Of a DNA stretch of 29,812 nt, positions 1-9,378 are shown one piece after another. The position numbers and the translations under genes were made by a program. The notes below the pieces were generated by a model that saw only the letters and a list, made by a program, of their open reading frames with translations, was not told the origin of the DNA and made no database searches. The number at the start of each line of letters is the position of its first letter. The first letter of the stretch is position 1. The stretch comes from a bacterium (GTDB taxonomy: Bacteria > Zhuqueibacterota > Zhuqueibacteria > Oceanimicrobiales > Oceanimicrobiaceae): the NCBI GenBank assembly GCA_037446635.1, contig JBBIIG010000051.1:1-29812 (forward strand), written 5' to 3'.

Positions 1-175
1 ACATGGATTTGCCGTCGCTGGAAACGAAGCCGGAGCTTTCCTGCCCGCGATGCTGCAGGGCGTACAAACCTTGTTTCGCAAAGAAGGCGGCGTCCGGGTG
101 ACCGAAAACGCCCATCACGCCGCAGTTGGCGCGGGGTTTGTCGAGGTCGTGGGCTTTTGTTTTTGAGTCATTCAT
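1..175 (-). CDS. purF: Amidophosphoribosyltransferase, 5' part (runs off window edge)
   Basis: Not in ORF track. Manual translation from ATG at 175 gives MNDSKTKAHDLDKPRAN-CGVMGVFGHPDAAFFAKQGLYALQHRGQESSG, the PurF Ntn Cys motif and ALQHRGQE motif. ATG overlaps the TGA of the upstream ORF (ATGA). Confidence 0.93.
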   Translation of the reverse strand, partial: MNDSKTKAHDLDKPRANCGVMGVFGHPDAAFFAKQGLYALQHRGQESSGFVSSDGKSM

Positions 176-564
176 ATCGTTTTAATTAAAAACATCGTGA
201 TTCCAATCCCTAAAACATCCGCTACCAAATCTTTGAAACTCGCGCGGCCTTTCGGCTTCTTCAAATCATACAACTCTTTGCCGAGACCGAGGCCCAGCGT
301 CGCTGCCCCGCTGAAATACAGCGATTGATTTTCCGAGCGGTCGAGTCCTTCGCGCCACACCACAAATCCGAGTCCCGTCAAAAACGCGCTCACCAGAAAA
401 TGCTGCGCTTTGTCTTCGGCGAACCATTTATCGTGGACGACTTGCGGGCGCAGGCTGTCTTGTGGCGTTGAATATTGCGCCGGGGCAAACGGCGCGGCGA
501 TGATTTCTGCTGCCAAGAACACAACCAGGGCGGCGATGAAAATCAAGGGCTGAGTTCTCAACAT
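172..564 (-). CDS. YfiM/DUF2279-like small membrane protein
   Basis: N-terminal signal/TM; motifs WFAEDKAQHF, GLGKELYD and SFKDLVADVLG resemble YfiM-like proteins. Confidence 0.65.
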   Translation of the reverse strand: MLRTQPLIFIAALVVFLAAEIIAAPFAPAQYSTPQDSLRPQVVHDKWFAEDKAQHFLVSAFLTGLGFVVWREGLDRSENQSLYFSGAATLGLGLGKELYDLKKPKGRASFKDLVADVLGIGITMFLIKTI

Positions 565-578
565 TCCAAATCATCCTA

Positions 579-1904
579 TTAAAACAACCCCGGAAAGAGC
601 ACCAAAAAGATCAGCAGCAGCGTAATGCAAACTGGCGCAAAGAACCGAATAAAGAAGGCGTAGGTTTTTTCATATTTGAAATTCGCGTTGCCTTCCCGGA
701 TTTCCGCAGCGGCTTTGGCCGTGCCCCATTTCCAGCCCACAAAAATCGACACGCCGAGGGAACCGATAATCAGAGAATATTGTCCGAAAATCACGTTCAT
801 CCAATTGAGAAAATCGCCGCTGAGCGCCGCCGGAATACCGGCCAGAAACGCGCCAATGCCGGCAATCGTCACCGCTTTTTTGCGCGGCATTTTCAGTTCA
901 TCGATGAAATAGGCGGCCGGCACTTCGACAATTGAAATCAGCGAGGTGATGGCAGCAATGGAAAGCAGCACAAAAAATCCGGTGCCGAACAAATTGCCCA
1001 AAAAGATTTCGTTGAACACATTCGGCAAAACCACGAAGATCAGCCCGGCGCCAATTTGCGGATCGAGGCCAAACGCGAAAATAGCCGGCATGATGGCGAA
1101 ACCAGCAAGCAGCGCCACGGTGGTATCGAGGGCCGCCACCCACGAGGCGGACGAGACCAGATTTTCTTTTTTGGAAAGATAGCTGCCGTAGGTTATCATT
1201 GTTCCCATACCCAAGCTCAACGAGAAAAATGCCTGTCCCATGGCAGCGGCCACGCCTTGCAGCGACAGGTTTTCCCATTTGGGGGTTAAATAAAACGCCA
1301 ACCCTTTTTCGGCGCCGTCGAGAGTGACGGCCCGAATCACCAGCAGCACCAAAATGAACAGCAGCAGCGGCATCAGAATTTTAGACCAGCGCTCGATGCC
1401 TTCTTTAACGCCGCCAAACAGAATCAGCATGGTGATAAACATGAAAATGCCATGAAGACCGATAGACGCCACCGGATTCGAAATAAAGTTCGTGAACGCC
1501 GTGGCAATTTCATCCGGGCCGAGATTATTGAACGCGCCGGCGGCGGTTTTGAAAATGTATCCAAATGTCCAGCCGGCCACCACGCTGTAAAATGACGAAA
1601 TGCCCCAGCCAGTGAGCACGCCTAACATGCCTAAAAATTTCCACGGCGTTCCGGGCGCCAGCGCTTTATACATGCCCACGGGATTTTTCTCGGTATGGCG
1701 CCCCAGCGTCAATTCGGCGACCATCACCGCCAGCGAAAGCAGGATCACGCTGGCGAGATAAACTAGCACAAAGGCGCCGCCGCCGAATTGGCCCGTGGTG
1801 GTGGGGAAGCGCCAGATATTGCCGAGGCCAATCGCCGAACCGGCGCCCGCTAAAATGAAACCGATTTTCGATGACCAGATGCCGCGATCTGCGTTTGCTG
1901 TCAT
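579..1904 (-). CDS. Sodium-dependent transporter, NSS/SNF (LeuT-like) family
   Basis: WSSKIGFILAGAGSAIGLGNIWRFP, GGGAF, GQAFFSLSLGMG, YGSYL; about 11 hydrophobic segments; GGAGGGAG SD upstream. Confidence 0.95.
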   Translation of the reverse strand: MTANADRGIWSSKIGFILAGAGSAIGLGNIWRFPTTTGQFGGGAFVLVYLASVILLSLAVMVAELTLGRHTEKNPVGMYKALAPGTPWKFLGMLGVLTGWGISSFYSVVAGWTFGYIFKTAAGAFNNLGPDEIATAFTNFISNPVASIGLHGIFMFITMLILFGGVKEGIERWSKILMPLLLFILVLLVIRAVTLDGAEKGLAFYLTPKWENLSLQGVAAAMGQAFFSLSLGMGTMITYGSYLSKKENLVSSASWVAALDTTVALLAGFAIMPAIFAFGLDPQIGAGLIFVVLPNVFNEIFLGNLFGTGFFVLLSIAAITSLISIVEVPAAYFIDELKMPRKKAVTIAGIGAFLAGIPAALSGDFLNWMNVIFGQYSLIIGSLGVSIFVGWKWGTAKAAAEIREGNANFKYEKTYAFFIRFFAPVCITLLLIFLVLFPGLF

Positions 1905-1959
1905 AGTGGTTACTCCCTCCAGTTGATCAAGTAAATTGCGTTCCGATGAATTTCAAAAA

Positions 1960-2050
1960 CAGTTGGCAGTGGTCAGTAAGCAGTTGGCAATTGGCAGTAG
2001 GCGAGTCTCTGTTCGCAATTGTGTACTGCCAACTGCAAGACTGCCTACTA
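1960..2050. repeat. Heptamer tandem array (about 6x CAGTTGG-like) facing an inverted array (about 4x CCAACTG-like)
   Basis: cagttgg cagtggt cagtaag cagttgg caattgg cagtagg at 1960-2001; tgtactg ccaactg caagactg cctacta at 2022-2050. Confidence 0.8.
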
Positions 2051-2563
2051 AAAGCGCGTTCGAATCGAGACGCCAATCAATGGCAAACGGCGATTCTCAA
2101 TCAAACCCGCGCGCAATTCCAACTCCGGGCCGGCGTCAAAATCGTACAAATAAGCGTCGATGTAGGCGTCCAACATGCTGAGTAGGGTGACGCCGCCCAT
2201 GAACCAGAACGTTTGATTTCGTTTATCAATATAAAAATCGTGTGCGCTGGGATCGGAGGCGTTTTCTTTTGCACGAGTGTGGTAGCGAATCGCCAGCCCC
2301 ACCAGCGCCCCCTGCGCCGCCAGCACCAGCGCAGCTTTTATTTTCTGATTATTGTACCACTGCCCCCAGCCGGGAAAAATCAGCGAGCGCAACATGGCGC
2401 CATTCGGAGATTTTTTTTCTTTTTTACTGCGCGAAGAATCGGCGCGGGACTGGCCCTGCGGACTGGGATAGATTTCGGAACCTCTGGCATCCTGCGGTTC
2501 AAAAAAAACCAACAGACACATCGAGAGCAAAAATATCCGCCCGTGCGGGTAGAACAAGCTCAT
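2048..2563 (-). CDS. DUF5683-like membrane protein
   Basis: KSP..A.LRSLIFPGWGQWYN..K.K and SMLDAYIDAYLYDFD motifs; N-terminal signal peptide. Confidence 0.75.
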   Translation of the reverse strand: MSLFYPHGRIFLLSMCLLVFFEPQDARGSEIYPSPQGQSRADSSRSKKEKKSPNGAMLRSLIFPGWGQWYNNQKIKAALVLAAQGALVGLAIRYHTRAKENASDPSAHDFYIDKRNQTFWFMGGVTLLSMLDAYIDAYLYDFDAGPELELRAGLIENRRLPLIGVSIRTRF

Positions 2564-2742
2564 TCCTTTATTTCTTTAAAATCGATATCTTCAACATCGT
2601 GGGCGCTCAAATCCAATTTGGGGTTGCCTTGATTTTGCCCTTGGACCTGAGTCTGCTTTGGCGAACTGAGCAGCAGCGCCCGCAGGATTTTATACGCCAG
2701 ATAAAAAATCATCCCGAACAGAATGAGTCTCAAAAAAAACAT
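2560..2742 (-). CDS. Small single-TM hypothetical protein
   Basis: Hydrophobic N-terminus, acidic tail VEDIDFKEIKE; stop overlaps the next start; 6 bp from the kinase gene. Confidence 0.75.
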   Translation of the reverse strand: MFFLRLILFGMIFYLAYKILRALLLSSPKQTQVQGQNQGNPKLDLSAHDVEDIDFKEIKE

Positions 2743-2748
2743 GACACT

Positions 2749-3381
2749 TTACTTCGCTGGTGAATAATAGTCGGTCCCGGAAATGGGCCGCTGAATCTGT
2801 TTAAGTAACTCCTCAAAATCCTGTTTATTGTTGACGAAGTCGATCTTGGTGGCGTTGATAATGAGCAACGGCGAATCGGTGTAATTGAAGAAAAAGCGGT
2901 TATAGGCTTCGTTGAGCGCTCGAATGTATTCCTCGGTCATGCTGCGCTCGAAATCGCGGTTGCGGGTGCGAATGTTGTGCATCAAGCGTTCCGTGCTCGA
3001 TTGCAGGTAGAGCACCAAATCCGGGCGGGTGATATCCTGCTCCAGCAGCGAGGCAATTTTATCATAAAGAAAAAGTTCGCGGTCTTCCAAATTCAGGGAG
3101 GCGAAAATGCGATCTTTGGCAAAAACATAATCGGTAATTAAAATGTCGTGAAACAAATCCCGCTGCGGGATGTCCTGCTGCTGGCGGTAGCGATTCAAAA
3201 GAAAGAACAACTGGGTTGGAAATGCAAACTGCCGCGGGTTTTGATAGAAATCCTTCAAAAACGGATTTTCCTCAAATTTTTCCAGCAGCAATCGTGCGCC
3301 AAAGTGTTCTGCCAAAAGCGTGGCCAAACTGGTTTTGCCAACCCCGATGACTCCTTCAATTGCGATGTATTGCCGGCGCAA
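2749..3381 (-). CDS. Deoxynucleoside kinase (dAK/dGK family)
   Basis: YIAIEGVIGVGKTSLA P-loop, EKFEENPFL, TQLFFLLNR, PDLVLYLQ; TTG start with SD-like GAGGG. Confidence 0.93.
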   Translation of the reverse strand: MRRQYIAIEGVIGVGKTSLATLLAEHFGARLLLEKFEENPFLKDFYQNPRQFAFPTQLFFLLNRYRQQQDIPQRDLFHDILITDYVFAKDRIFASLNLEDRELFLYDKIASLLEQDITRPDLVLYLQSSTERLMHNIRTRNRDFERSMTEEYIRALNEAYNRFFFNYTDSPLLIINATKIDFVNNKQDFEELLKQIQRPISGTDYYSPAK

Positions 3382-3393
3382 CGCAACCCTCTT

Positions 3394-3906
3394 TCAAATA
3401 AATAGATTTTCTTTTGGCAGAAAAATTTCAACTCGCCCCGAATCTGAAACCTCTGCAAGCAACTGTGATACTTTGTTGAAATGCGGCGGCGCTTCAAACT
3501 GCGGCGCGATTTCATTTAACGGCGTCAACACAAACCGCCGCCGCTCGACTTCCGGGTGGGGAATGTGCAAGTCCGGTGCAGAAACCACCTGCCTTCCCCA
3601 ATAAAGAATATCGATGTCGATGGTTCGGGGGCCCCAACGGGCCGCGCGAACTCGCCCTAAATCGTTCTCAATCTTTTGAGTTTCGCGCAACAAAATCTTT
3701 GGTTCGAAATTCGTGGACAGTTGAACAACGATATTGAGAAACCTGTCCTGGTTCTGGTATCCGATGGGTTCGGATTCATAAATTGAGGAAAAGGCCACGA
3801 TTTCAGTTTCAAAGAGATTGGCGATTCGCCGCAGCGCTTCGGTTAAGAAATTCTGGCGATCGCCTAAATTCGATCCTAAACCCACGAATACATTTTCATA
3901 CTTCAT
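3394..3906 (-). CDS. folK: 2-amino-4-hydroxy-6-hydroxymethyldihydropteridine diphosphokinase
   Basis: GLGSNLGDR, FLN, RWGPRTIDIDIL, IPHP, RRFVL.PL motifs. Confidence 0.97.
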   Translation of the reverse strand: MKYENVFVGLGSNLGDRQNFLTEALRRIANLFETEIVAFSSIYESEPIGYQNQDRFLNIVVQLSTNFEPKILLRETQKIENDLGRVRAARWGPRTIDIDILYWGRQVVSAPDLHIPHPEVERRRFVLTPLNEIAPQFEAPPHFNKVSQLLAEVSDSGRVEIFLPKENLFI

Positions 3907-4277
3907 GACAAAGGATGGCCGCGCCGGACGATCTCCACTTCAATTCCGTCCTGAATGCCGCGAATGGGCGCGTGCGGCTTGCGAACGCGCACCAGAACTT
4001 CGCTCACTTTGAAAGTATGCAAAATCTTTTGCGCGATTTTTTCCGCCATGGTTTCCACTAGGCGAAATTTCCCGTTGCCGAGCACTTTTTCGACCGCTTC
4101 AAAAACCGCGTAAAGATCAACCGTGTCTTTTAGTTTATCGGTTTCAGCCGCGGCGCGGGCATCGATTTTGAGCTCGACGTCCACTTCAAACCGCTGCCCA
4201 ATTTCTCTTTCTTCGTCCCACACGCCATGGTAGGCGTGAAAGGTCATGTTCTTAAGTTTCAGGATATCGGATGGCAT
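3903..4277 (-). CDS. folB: Dihydroneopterin aldolase
   Basis: FHAYHGV..EEREIGQRFEVD, D.L.DTVD, LVE, VRVRKPHAPI; ATGA overlap with folK. Confidence 0.96.
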   Translation of the reverse strand: MPSDILKLKNMTFHAYHGVWDEEREIGQRFEVDVELKIDARAAAETDKLKDTVDLYAVFEAVEKVLGNGKFRLVETMAEKIAQKILHTFKVSEVLVRVRKPHAPIRGIQDGIEVEIVRRGHPLS

Positions 4278-4282
4278 AAAAC

Positions 4283-4307
4283 AAAAAGGCGCGGGTGACG
4301 CCTTTTT
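4283..4307 (-). terminator. Terminator-like hairpin 5 nt upstream of the folB ATG
   Basis: Minus strand AAAAAGGCG-TCACCCG-CGCCTTTTT-GTTTT-ATG. Confidence 0.5.
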
Positions 4308-4356
4308 AGTTTAATGAAAAAATCGCGCACAACTCTACAATTTTCATAGTGCAGCG

Positions 4357-4385
4357 AATATATAGAAATAATCATTTCTTGTCAA
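4357..4385 (-). promoter_or_regulatory. sigma70 promoter for the folB operon
   Basis: TTGACA (4385-4380), 17-nt spacer, TATATT (4362-4357). Confidence 0.8.
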
Positions 4386-4388
4386 GAC

Positions 4389-4432
4389 AAAAAAGGCCGC
4401 TGTCCCGACAGTTTGGGACAACGGCCTTTTTT
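4389..4432 (-). terminator. Intrinsic terminator of groESL
   Basis: AAAAAAGGCCG.TGTCCC-loop-GGGACA.CGGCCTTTTTT, about 20 nt after the groEL stop. Confidence 0.88.
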
Positions 4433-4453
4433 GAATGGAATGCCAGTAACCGA

Positions 4454-6079
<1,626 letters not shown>

Positions 6080-6118
6080 TTATTACCTCCTTGGGTTCTA
6101 TTAATTTTTCAATATTCT

Positions 6119-6403
6119 TCAGACTATGGCCAGGATATCGCTTTCTCTCATGATGAGATACTCTTTCCCGTCAATAGTAACTTCGGTGCCTGCATATTTG
6201 CCGTACAGCACCCGGTCGCCCTTTTTGACTTCCATTGCCATTTTCGTCCCCGACTCACTAATCTTCCCGGGGCCAACGGCAATCACCTCACCCTCCTGCG
6301 GTTTTTCTTTGGCGGTGTCTGGGATGATAATACCGCCCTGCTTCTTTTCTTCCGGCTCAATAGGTCTGACGATAACGCGGTCAGCTAATGGCTTAACATT
6401 CAT
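6119..6403 (-). CDS. groS: Co-chaperonin GroES
   Basis: [36 protein letters not shown]. Confidence 0.99.
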   Translation of the reverse strand: MNVKPLADRVIVRPIEPEEKKQGGIIIPDTAKEKPQEGEVIAVGPGKISESGTKMAMEVKKGDRVLYGKYAGTEVTIDGKEYLIMRESDILAIV

Positions 6404-6441
6404 GTATTCACCTCCTGATTAATTGAAACATTGCAGAATTG

Positions 6442-6468
6442 TTAGCACTCACTTTTAAAGAGTGCTAA
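6442..6468. promoter_or_regulatory. CIRCE element (HrcA operator)
   Basis: Exact consensus TTAGCACTC-N9(acttttaaa)-GAGTGCTAA between the promoter and groES. Confidence 0.97.
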
Positions 6469-6481
6469 AAAAAACGGCAAA

Positions 6482-6510
6482 AATATATATAAAAATAGCT
6501 AATTTGTCAA
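6482..6510 (-). promoter_or_regulatory. sigma70 promoter for groESL
   Basis: TTGACA (6510-6505), 17 nt, TATATT (6487-6482), just upstream of CIRCE. Confidence 0.85.
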
Positions 6511-6584
6511 GAGGAAATTTTTTAAAATTTGATAAAAATTCAGGCCTTATAAATCTTTATCTAAAAAATATTTGAGCTTATAAA

Positions 6585-7997
6585 TTAACAGCAACTCAGC
6601 ACTACGTGCTCAATCGTTTCGATAAACAGTTGTTCCTCGTCGGGGCGAATGGTGCGAACATCAAAATAGAGTTTATCACCGCGAATGTACCCAACAATCG
6701 GGGTCGGGGAAAGTCGAAATCGTCTCGCCAATTCTACCGTGGATACTTTAGCCGATCGCAGCGCCAGCGCCCAACTTGCTAATTCTTCCAGCGGCAGCGC
6801 GCCGCTGCCGATTTGGACAGTAGCAGGCTCAAGCTCAATTTGACAAATGCTCTTTGCCTCTTTGGATATTTTTTTGAGTAACATTCTTGCCCTACGCTCA
6901 ATCTTTTCCTCTGTCTCAACAAGCATTCTCAAAACTTCGTTGGATGTTTTCAAGGATGCCTCTTGAAAATAAAGTCGCAGCGTTGGTTCCAAAGCGGCGT
7001 AAACCAATTTGTCGCACCGCAGCGCGCGCATCAAAGGATTTTGTTTGATTGCCGCAATATATTTTCTCTTTCCAACCATCAAACCTGATTGCGGGCCGCC
7101 GAGCACCTTGTCGCCGCTGAAGGTGATCACATCGGCGCCAATTTCAACGCTTTCGCGAACCACCGGCTCGTAGGGTAAATGGTATTTCCGAAAATCGACA
7201 AAGATACCCCCGCCCAAATCCTGAAAAACCGGCAGCTGATGCTTTCGACCCATTTCAACCACCTCCGCTAAACTCACCTCTTTTGTAAAGCCTTTCACCC
7301 GATAATTGGAGGGATGAACCACGCAGATCAATCCCGTGGCCGCGGTAATGGCTTGCTCATAATCCTTCAAATGGGTTTTATTGGTAGTCCCGACCTCCTT
7401 CATTTTTGCGCCGCTTTTTTGCATCACGTCGGGCATGCGGAACGAGCCGCCAATTTCAATCAGTTGCCCGCGGGAGATAATCACTTCCTTCTCAAAAGCC
7501 AACGTGTTCAGCGTCAATAACACCGCGGCGGCGTTGTTGTTCACCACACACGCCGCTTCTGCGCCAGACAAACGACACAACAGTTCCTCCACGTGGCTGG
7601 TGCGGTCGCCCCGCTCGCCGCTTTCCAAATCAATTTCAAGAGAGCAGTAACCCGCGGCGATCTTTTGCAGATTATCCAAAGCTTGCCGGCACAGGGGCGC
7701 GCGGCCTAAACCCGTGTGCAAAATAATTCCGGTTCCATTGATCACCCGACGCAAACTGGGCTGCATTAAATCGTCGGTTTTTTGAATAACCCCTTCGACA
7801 ATTTCCTGGGTATTTTTTTCACGGGAGACAGCGCTATTCTTTTTTAGAAGAAATTGTTTCCGTTTTTCGATTTCTTCATACACAAGTGAATGAATGAACT
7901 CGCGGGAGTATTTTTTGATAAGAGACTGGATTTTAGGTTGATTGAGAATCTCGTGAATCGGAGGGATGCTCGATAAAATACGTTGTTTGGAATTCAT
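6585..7997 (-). CDS. selA: L-seryl-tRNA(Sec) selenium transferase
   Basis: VINGTGIILHTGLGRAPL, VVNNNAAAVLL, SRGQLIEIGGSFRMPDVM, EVGTTNKTH, PLP lysine in FSGDKVLGGPQ. Confidence 0.96.
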   Translation of the reverse strand: MNSKQRILSSIPPIHEILNQPKIQSLIKKYSREFIHSLVYEEIEKRKQFLLKKNSAVSREKNTQEIVEGVIQKTDDLMQPSLRRVINGTGIILHTGLGRAPLCRQALDNLQKIAAGYCSLEIDLESGERGDRTSHVEELLCRLSGAEAACVVNNNAAAVLLTLNTLAFEKEVIISRGQLIEIGGSFRMPDVMQKSGAKMKEVGTTNKTHLKDYEQAITAATGLICVVHPSNYRVKGFTKEVSLAEVVEMGRKHQLPVFQDLGGGIFVDFRKYHLPYEPVVRESVEIGADVITFSGDKVLGGPQSGLMVGKRKYIAAIKQNPLMRALRCDKLVYAALEPTLRLYFQEASLKTSNEVLRMLVETEEKIERRARMLLKKISKEAKSICQIELEPATVQIGSGALPLEELASWALALRSAKVSTVELARRFRLSPTPIVGYIRGDKLYFDVRTIRPDEEQLFIETIEHVVLSCC

Positions 7998-8013
7998 CAG
8001 ATAAACAAGCCTG

Positions 8014-9219
8014 TCACCGATTCAGCAGCGCGCGATCAGTGGCGCCGAGGCAATAGAGCAAGCCAAGTAAATTGGAGTGCGTCAGACGGCCGTCGGCTAC
8101 TTTTTGCAGCAGTTCGCTGGCGTTAAAAGCAATTCCCAGCCCGGCGTTTTTCAACATAATTTCATCGTTGGCGCCATCGCCCACGGCGACGATTTCCTCG
8201 CGCGTGACGCCTTCCTTCTCCGCCAACTCTTTCACAATATTTCCTTTGGCTTCGCGATCGATGATCAGGCCTTTGATATTGCCGGTCAATATTCCATCTC
8301 TAACCTCAAGGTCGTTGGCAAAGGTGTAATCCAACCCCAACTGCTGCCGCAAGCGATCGGCAAAAAATTTAAATCCACCGGAAATCAGCGCCAACTTGAA
8401 TCCCATGGCCTTCAACGTTGAAACCAGTTCATACGTGCCGGCGCTCAACTTCATGCTGGACGCCACTTCTTCCAAAACCGAAACCGGCAAACCCTTCAGC
8501 AATCGCACGCGTTCCCGCAGCGCCTCTTTGAATTCGATTTCTCCCGCCATGGCGCGGTGGGTAATTTCCGAAACCCTTTCGCCGACGTTGGCCTGTCTGG
8601 CGAGTTCATCGATAATCTCCCCTTCGATTAACGTGCCGTCCATGTCAAACACCACCAGCCGGCGACGCTGCCGGTAGGGCGTATCCGGCTGAATGATGGT
8701 ATCGAACCCCACTTCGTCGCAGGTGCGCTGAATGACTTCTTTTAAGATCGAAAGATCGCGCAGCTCCGAGGCATCCACCATCATCTCCAGCGCCACCAAT
8801 TCGCCGCGCGCCAAATGGTGCATGCGCTCGATGTTCACTCGAAAATTTGCCAGCGTGTTGGTGATGGCTTTCAGAATGCCAACTTTGTCGCGGCCAATAA
8901 TCGTGAACACCTGCAGGTTTTTGTGCACCGCTTTCATGGCCGTCGCCGCCTCAACCAAATCGATGTTCACCTCCAGATGCAAAGACTTGGTGTTTTCTTT
9001 GAGCCGCAAATAAGCATCCTGAGGCGGGTCATCCTCTGCCACCGGTTCTATCACCATAAAGATCATAAATAAACCGTGGAGAGCGTTTTGCTCTACGGCC
9101 ACAATGTTGAGCCGCGAGTCGGTGACGGCGCGGCAAATATCCGCGATCAAATACGGTTGATTTTTGCCGAACGCGGTCAGGACAATATACTTTTTGTCGG
9201 ACACGTTGGATTGATTCAA
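8014..9219 (-). CDS. serB: Phosphoserine phosphatase with two N-terminal ACT domains
   Basis: HAD motifs FDMDGT, ISGGF, GDGAND; ACT starts LTAFGKNQP and TIIGRDKVGIL; TTG start is uncertain. Confidence 0.93.
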   Translation of the reverse strand: MNQSNVSDKKYIVLTAFGKNQPYLIADICRAVTDSRLNIVAVEQNALHGLFMIFMVIEPVAEDDPPQDAYLRLKENTKSLHLEVNIDLVEAATAMKAVHKNLQVFTIIGRDKVGILKAITNTLANFRVNIERMHHLARGELVALEMMVDASELRDLSILKEVIQRTCDEVGFDTIIQPDTPYRQRRRLVVFDMDGTLIEGEIIDELARQANVGERVSEITHRAMAGEIEFKEALRERVRLLKGLPVSVLEEVASSMKLSAGTYELVSTLKAMGFKLALISGGFKFFADRLRQQLGLDYTFANDLEVRDGILTGNIKGLIIDREAKGNIVKELAEKEGVTREEIVAVGDGANDEIMLKNAGLGIAFNASELLQKVADGRLTHSNLLGLLYCLGATDRALLNR

Positions 9220-9233
9220 AACGAATTGGCAAA

Positions 9234-9262
9234 AGAATAATTAAATTAGGAAGGAAAATCAA
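9234..9262 (-). promoter_or_regulatory. Possible sigma70 promoter for serB-selA
   Basis: TTGATT (9262-9257), 17 nt, TATTCT (9239-9234). Confidence 0.4.
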
Positions 9263-9310
9263 GGGAAATGTTTTCGGCGGGAGTATATAGCTTATTCAAA
9301 CATTCGGAAT

Positions 9311-9342
9311 GACGAGGGCCTTTTGGAATAAGAGCCCTCGTC
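9311..9342 (-). terminator. Stem-loop downstream of the CHRD gene
   Basis: GACGAGGGC...GCCCTCGTC 9-bp stem; no strong U tract. Confidence 0.5.
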
Positions 9343-9378
9343 CTTCCTATGCGATCCCCCACACGGCTTTTCGCGCCC

